From a virus (Duplodnaviria; Caudoviricetes), in the IMG/VR virus record IMGVR_UViG_3300037423_002034, positions 1 to 37,134 of that record: a stretch of 37,134 bases of DNA; one strand, written 5' to 3'. The first letter of the stretch is position 1. Each line of letters begins with the position of its first letter. Under the pieces are notes generated by a model. It was not told the origin of the DNA. It worked only from the letters and a program-made list of their open reading frames with translations, and did no database searches. This document shows positions 34,803 through 37,134 of this stretch, in pieces. A program made the translations under genes and the position numbers.

Positions 34803-35491
34803 TGCCATTACGTGCGCAGCCTAGCCCAACGATAAGTGTGGCCACAACTGGGAGTCATAGCGGCGGATTCAGCGCAAATGGTTCTGGCACTTATACAACA
34901 CCTGCCGGCGTTCAATATATAGAAGTCTTGATGGTTGGCGGCGGCGGCGGCGGGAGTGGTGGCGGTACCACTGGAAATGCTGGCGGCACTGGTGGCAATA
35001 CGACTTTTGGAACGACATTTCTCACCGCTGGTGGTGGAACGGGTGGCGGGTTTGGTCAGGTGGGCGGAGCGGGCGGAAGTGCCACCGTCAATTCCCCTGC
35101 AATAAATTTGTTCTCTTCGGCTGGCGCCACTGGGAACTCTGGCGGCTTTATGATTACTTCAAACGCTACCTATTGTTCTGGCGGCATGGGCGGAGTAAGC
35201 CCCTTTGGCGGAGCCGGTGCGGGCGGATCAAACGCTGCTGCTGTGGCCGCAAAAGCTAACACTGGCTCCGGCGGTGGCGGCGGAGGTCAGGGCAACACCT
35301 CGGCCAACTATGCTGGCGGGGGTGGTGGAGCTGGTGGATATATCGATTGCATGATTGTTGCGCCCTCAGCGAGCTATGCCTTCTCCGTAGGAGCAAAGGG
35401 TTCTGGTGGGACATCAACTGCAAACGGCTTTTCAGGATCAGACGGCGCGGATGGAATTATCATTATCAAGGAATATTATTATCACTACTAG
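34802..35491 (+). CDS. Glycine-rich tail/fibre domain protein
   Basis: SGTYTTPAGV..IEV.MVGGGGGG ... GADGIIIIKEY, a typical phage Gly-rich domain. Confidence 0.8.
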   Translation: MPLRAQPSPTISVATTGSHSGGFSANGSGTYTTPAGVQYIEVLMVGGGGGGSGGGTTGNAGGTGGNTTFGTTFLTAGGGTGGGFGQVGGAGGSATVNSPAINLFSSAGATGNSGGFMITSNATYCSGGMGGVSPFGGAGAGGSNAAAVAAKANTGSGGGGGGQGNTSANYAGGGGGAGGYIDCMIVAPSASYAFSVGAKGSGGTSTANGFSGSDGADGIIIIKEYYYHY

Positions 35492-35518
35492 TCCGTTTCA
35501 GAAAGCTGGGGATATTTA

Positions 35519-35863
35519 ATGAAATACGCACCAATAATTGCGATTGCGAATGCGGCTGTAGCGGATGGAAATAGTGCTCCGATTCCAGCGCAGGATCTTT
35601 GCTGGGTTTCGGCTCAGGTTGTGGCGACGGGAACTGCTGCTGCAACAGTGAAGATTCAGGCCTCAAACGACAATCCTGTTTCTGGCACAGGCCAGGCACC
35701 AACGAACTGGACCGATATTGCATCGGCATCAGCTACCGTTTCTGGTGCTGGCACAGCCCTCATCCCAAAGACTGATCTTTGTTACCAGTGGATTAGGGTT
35801 AGCGTATCTTCTAGTTCTGGTGCGGGCAATCTTCAGGTGAATGTTAAGGTGATCGGATTCTGA
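35519..35863 (+). CDS. Small beta-sandwich virion protein (spike base-like)
   Basis: VKIQASND...WTDI...YQWIRV motif. Confidence 0.6.
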   Translation: MKYAPIIAIANAAVADGNSAPIPAQDLCWVSAQVVATGTAAATVKIQASNDNPVSGTGQAPTNWTDIASASATVSGAGTALIPKTDLCYQWIRVSVSSSSGAGNLQVNVKVIGF

Positions 35864-35864
35864 T

Positions 35865-36041
35865 GTGGATTCGAAGTTTGAATACTTCATGGAACGAACC
35901 GAACAAGACTTGAGCCATATCCGGGCTAAGGTCGATAGGCTCTGGGATTTCCGCTTGCTTCTGATCGGGGCCTCAATGACAGTTAGTATTGTCTGCTCTG
36001 CGGTGATTAGTGCACTATCTATTTACTTCGGAGCCAAATAA
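35865..36041 (+). CDS. 58-aa coiled-coil plus C-terminal TM protein (holin-associated; not in ORF track)
   Basis: GTG start. ...DLSHIRAKVDRLWDFR followed by a hydrophobic helix. Confidence 0.6.
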   Translation: MDSKFEYFMERTEQDLSHIRAKVDRLWDFRLLLIGASMTVSIVCSAVISALSIYFGAK

Positions 36042-36054
36042 CAAAGGAGTGTTT

Positions 36055-36213
36055 ATGTCGTGGATTATGGCGAACTGGGCTTTTATCGCAACTGTCTTGC
36101 TGGGTATTTCGGAAGCTTTGGCTCTGATTCCCGGTCTTCAGGCCAATTCGGTTCTTGAGGCCATCATCAATTTCTTTAAAGGCCTGGGCGTAAAAGACCC
36201 GCAAGCGAAGTAA
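36055..36213 (+). CDS. Putative holin
   Basis: SD AAGGAG. MSWIMANWAFIATVLLGISEALALIP...NSV motif, charged C-terminus. Confidence 0.7.
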   Translation: MSWIMANWAFIATVLLGISEALALIPGLQANSVLEAIINFFKGLGVKDPQAK

Positions 36214-36416
36214 TGTCGTTTTTTGCTGTTGTTGAGGCGATCCTAAGGGTGCTTAACCTTTGGGACGCCTTTTTGGCTTATACCGACAAGGTCAGAGCCG
36301 CAAAGACTGAAGAAAACAATCAAAGCCGAGATAAGGCTTTAGGAGATGCGCAGAATGCCAAGACTCCCGATGATGCCTATAAGGCTCAAACTGGCGTTGT
36401 TTCTTCTGAGCCTTAG
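36213..36416 (+). CDS. Putative i-spanin (Rz-like)
   Basis: N-terminal hydrophobic segment then a helical domain. Overlaps the lipoprotein gene. Confidence 0.55.
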   Translation: MSFFAVVEAILRVLNLWDAFLAYTDKVRAAKTEENNQSRDKALGDAQNAKTPDDAYKAQTGVVSSEP

Positions 36417-36645
36417 TGCTTGCGCTGAGCTTCCACCCGTTCCACATCATGTTCAATATGGAGTTTATGCCGATGTTAACCCCCCAGGGTTTTACGGGGT
36501 GGATAATGAAACAAAGGCCCATCAGTTTAGATCTTTCACAGATCCAAGAATGAAGGCTGCGCAGTGCCTAACTGCTTCTGATTATGCGGCTTGGTCGAGG
36601 TGGATCTCTGCTGTAGAACAAGAAGCCAGGCAGCGCTGTCACTAG
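36370..36645 (+). CDS. Putative o-spanin lipoprotein (Rz1-like)
   Basis: Lipobox LSAC after the hydrophobic stretch, Pro-rich segment, further Cys residues. Confidence 0.65.
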   Translation: MMPIRLKLALFLLSLSACAELPPVPHHVQYGVYADVNPPGFYGVDNETKAHQFRSFTDPRMKAAQCLTASDYAAWSRWISAVEQEARQRCH

Positions 36646-36655
36646 GGGGAAATAA

Positions 36656-37087
36656 ATGGATCGAAACTTATCAAAGGCCTACGGCCTAATTCGCCTATTT
36701 GAAGGTTTGCGTCTTAAGGCTTATCAGGATGTGGTAGGAGTCTGGACGATTGGCTATGGCACGACAGCCGGTGTTCACCCAGGCATGGTTATTACCAGGG
36801 ATCAGGCCGAGGCCATGATGCAACAAGATGTGCAGGCTCGAGCGAAGATGATCTTGAACTGGATCTCGGTCGATGTGACTGATAATGAGCTTAGCGCCAT
36901 GATCTCCTTGGCCTATAACATTGGTCTTGTTGGGTTTCATCATTCTCACCTTCTAGCGGATCTCAATGCGGGAAAAGATAAGCGCATTGTCGCTGCTGAT
37001 TTCATGGCTTGGGTCCATGCGGGCGGCCATGTAGTTCCAGGCCTTGTGACCCGTCGCAAGGAAGAGACTCAGGTCTTTTTGTCCTAA
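36656..37087 (+). CDS. Endolysin, GH24 phage lysozyme
   Basis: FEGLRLKAYQD..GVWTIGYG (E-x8-D-x5-T), YNIG, GLVTRR..E. Confidence 0.96.
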   Translation: MDRNLSKAYGLIRLFEGLRLKAYQDVVGVWTIGYGTTAGVHPGMVITRDQAEAMMQQDVQARAKMILNWISVDVTDNELSAMISLAYNIGLVGFHHSHLLADLNAGKDKRIVAADFMAWVHAGGHVVPGLVTRRKEETQVFLS

Positions 37088-37134
37088 AGGTTTCCCCCAA
37101 AAAGCCGATACGTATCTTAGGAGGTACGTATGCG
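37008..37134. repeat. Terminal overlap identical to 1-127
   Basis: Exact match. Confidence 0.95.

Noticed and set aside
24098-35863. Diversity-generating retroelement or invertible tail-fibre switch
   Set aside because: I saw no reverse transcriptase or invertase, and no TR/VR-like repeat pair.

Overview
The window is an apparently complete, circularly assembled dsDNA tailed-phage genome. The unit length is about 37,007 bp, because bases 1-127 repeat at 37008-37134. Gene content suggests podovirus-type morphology and a Gram-negative host (spanin pair). The leftward arm (431-8660) carries early genes: a Cas4/RecB-like exonuclease, an SSB, a UvsY-like protein, a helicase-loader-like protein, a VRR-NUC nuclease and many small hypothetical ORFs. 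It is headed by an orphan IS66 tnpA/tnpB-like pair with no transposase. A roughly 700-bp divergent control region with a G-tract and several hairpins precedes tRNA-Asn(GUU). The rightward arm encodes a sigma-region-4-like HTH protein, a GNAT, terS, a DNA methyltransferase, a glycosyltransferase, terL, portal, scaffold, major capsid, an FN3-fused adaptor, an antisense HNH, tail nozzle, three ejection-type proteins, a spike/fibre module and a lysis cassette. I recognised no integrase, repressor, replication initiator, helicase, primase or polymerase. The main leads are: (1) a recurrent [FYLA]-A-x-G-G peptide tag in four probable internal virion proteins, plus a duplicated partner domain; (2) the transposase-less IS66 tnpAB module; (3) a sigma-28-promoter moron whose RBS is hairpin-blocked only in read-through mRNA; (4) a phage-specific late promoter followed by shared structured leaders; (5) a candidate RNA-primed origin. 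All product calls come from motif recognition by eye; no database search was run.
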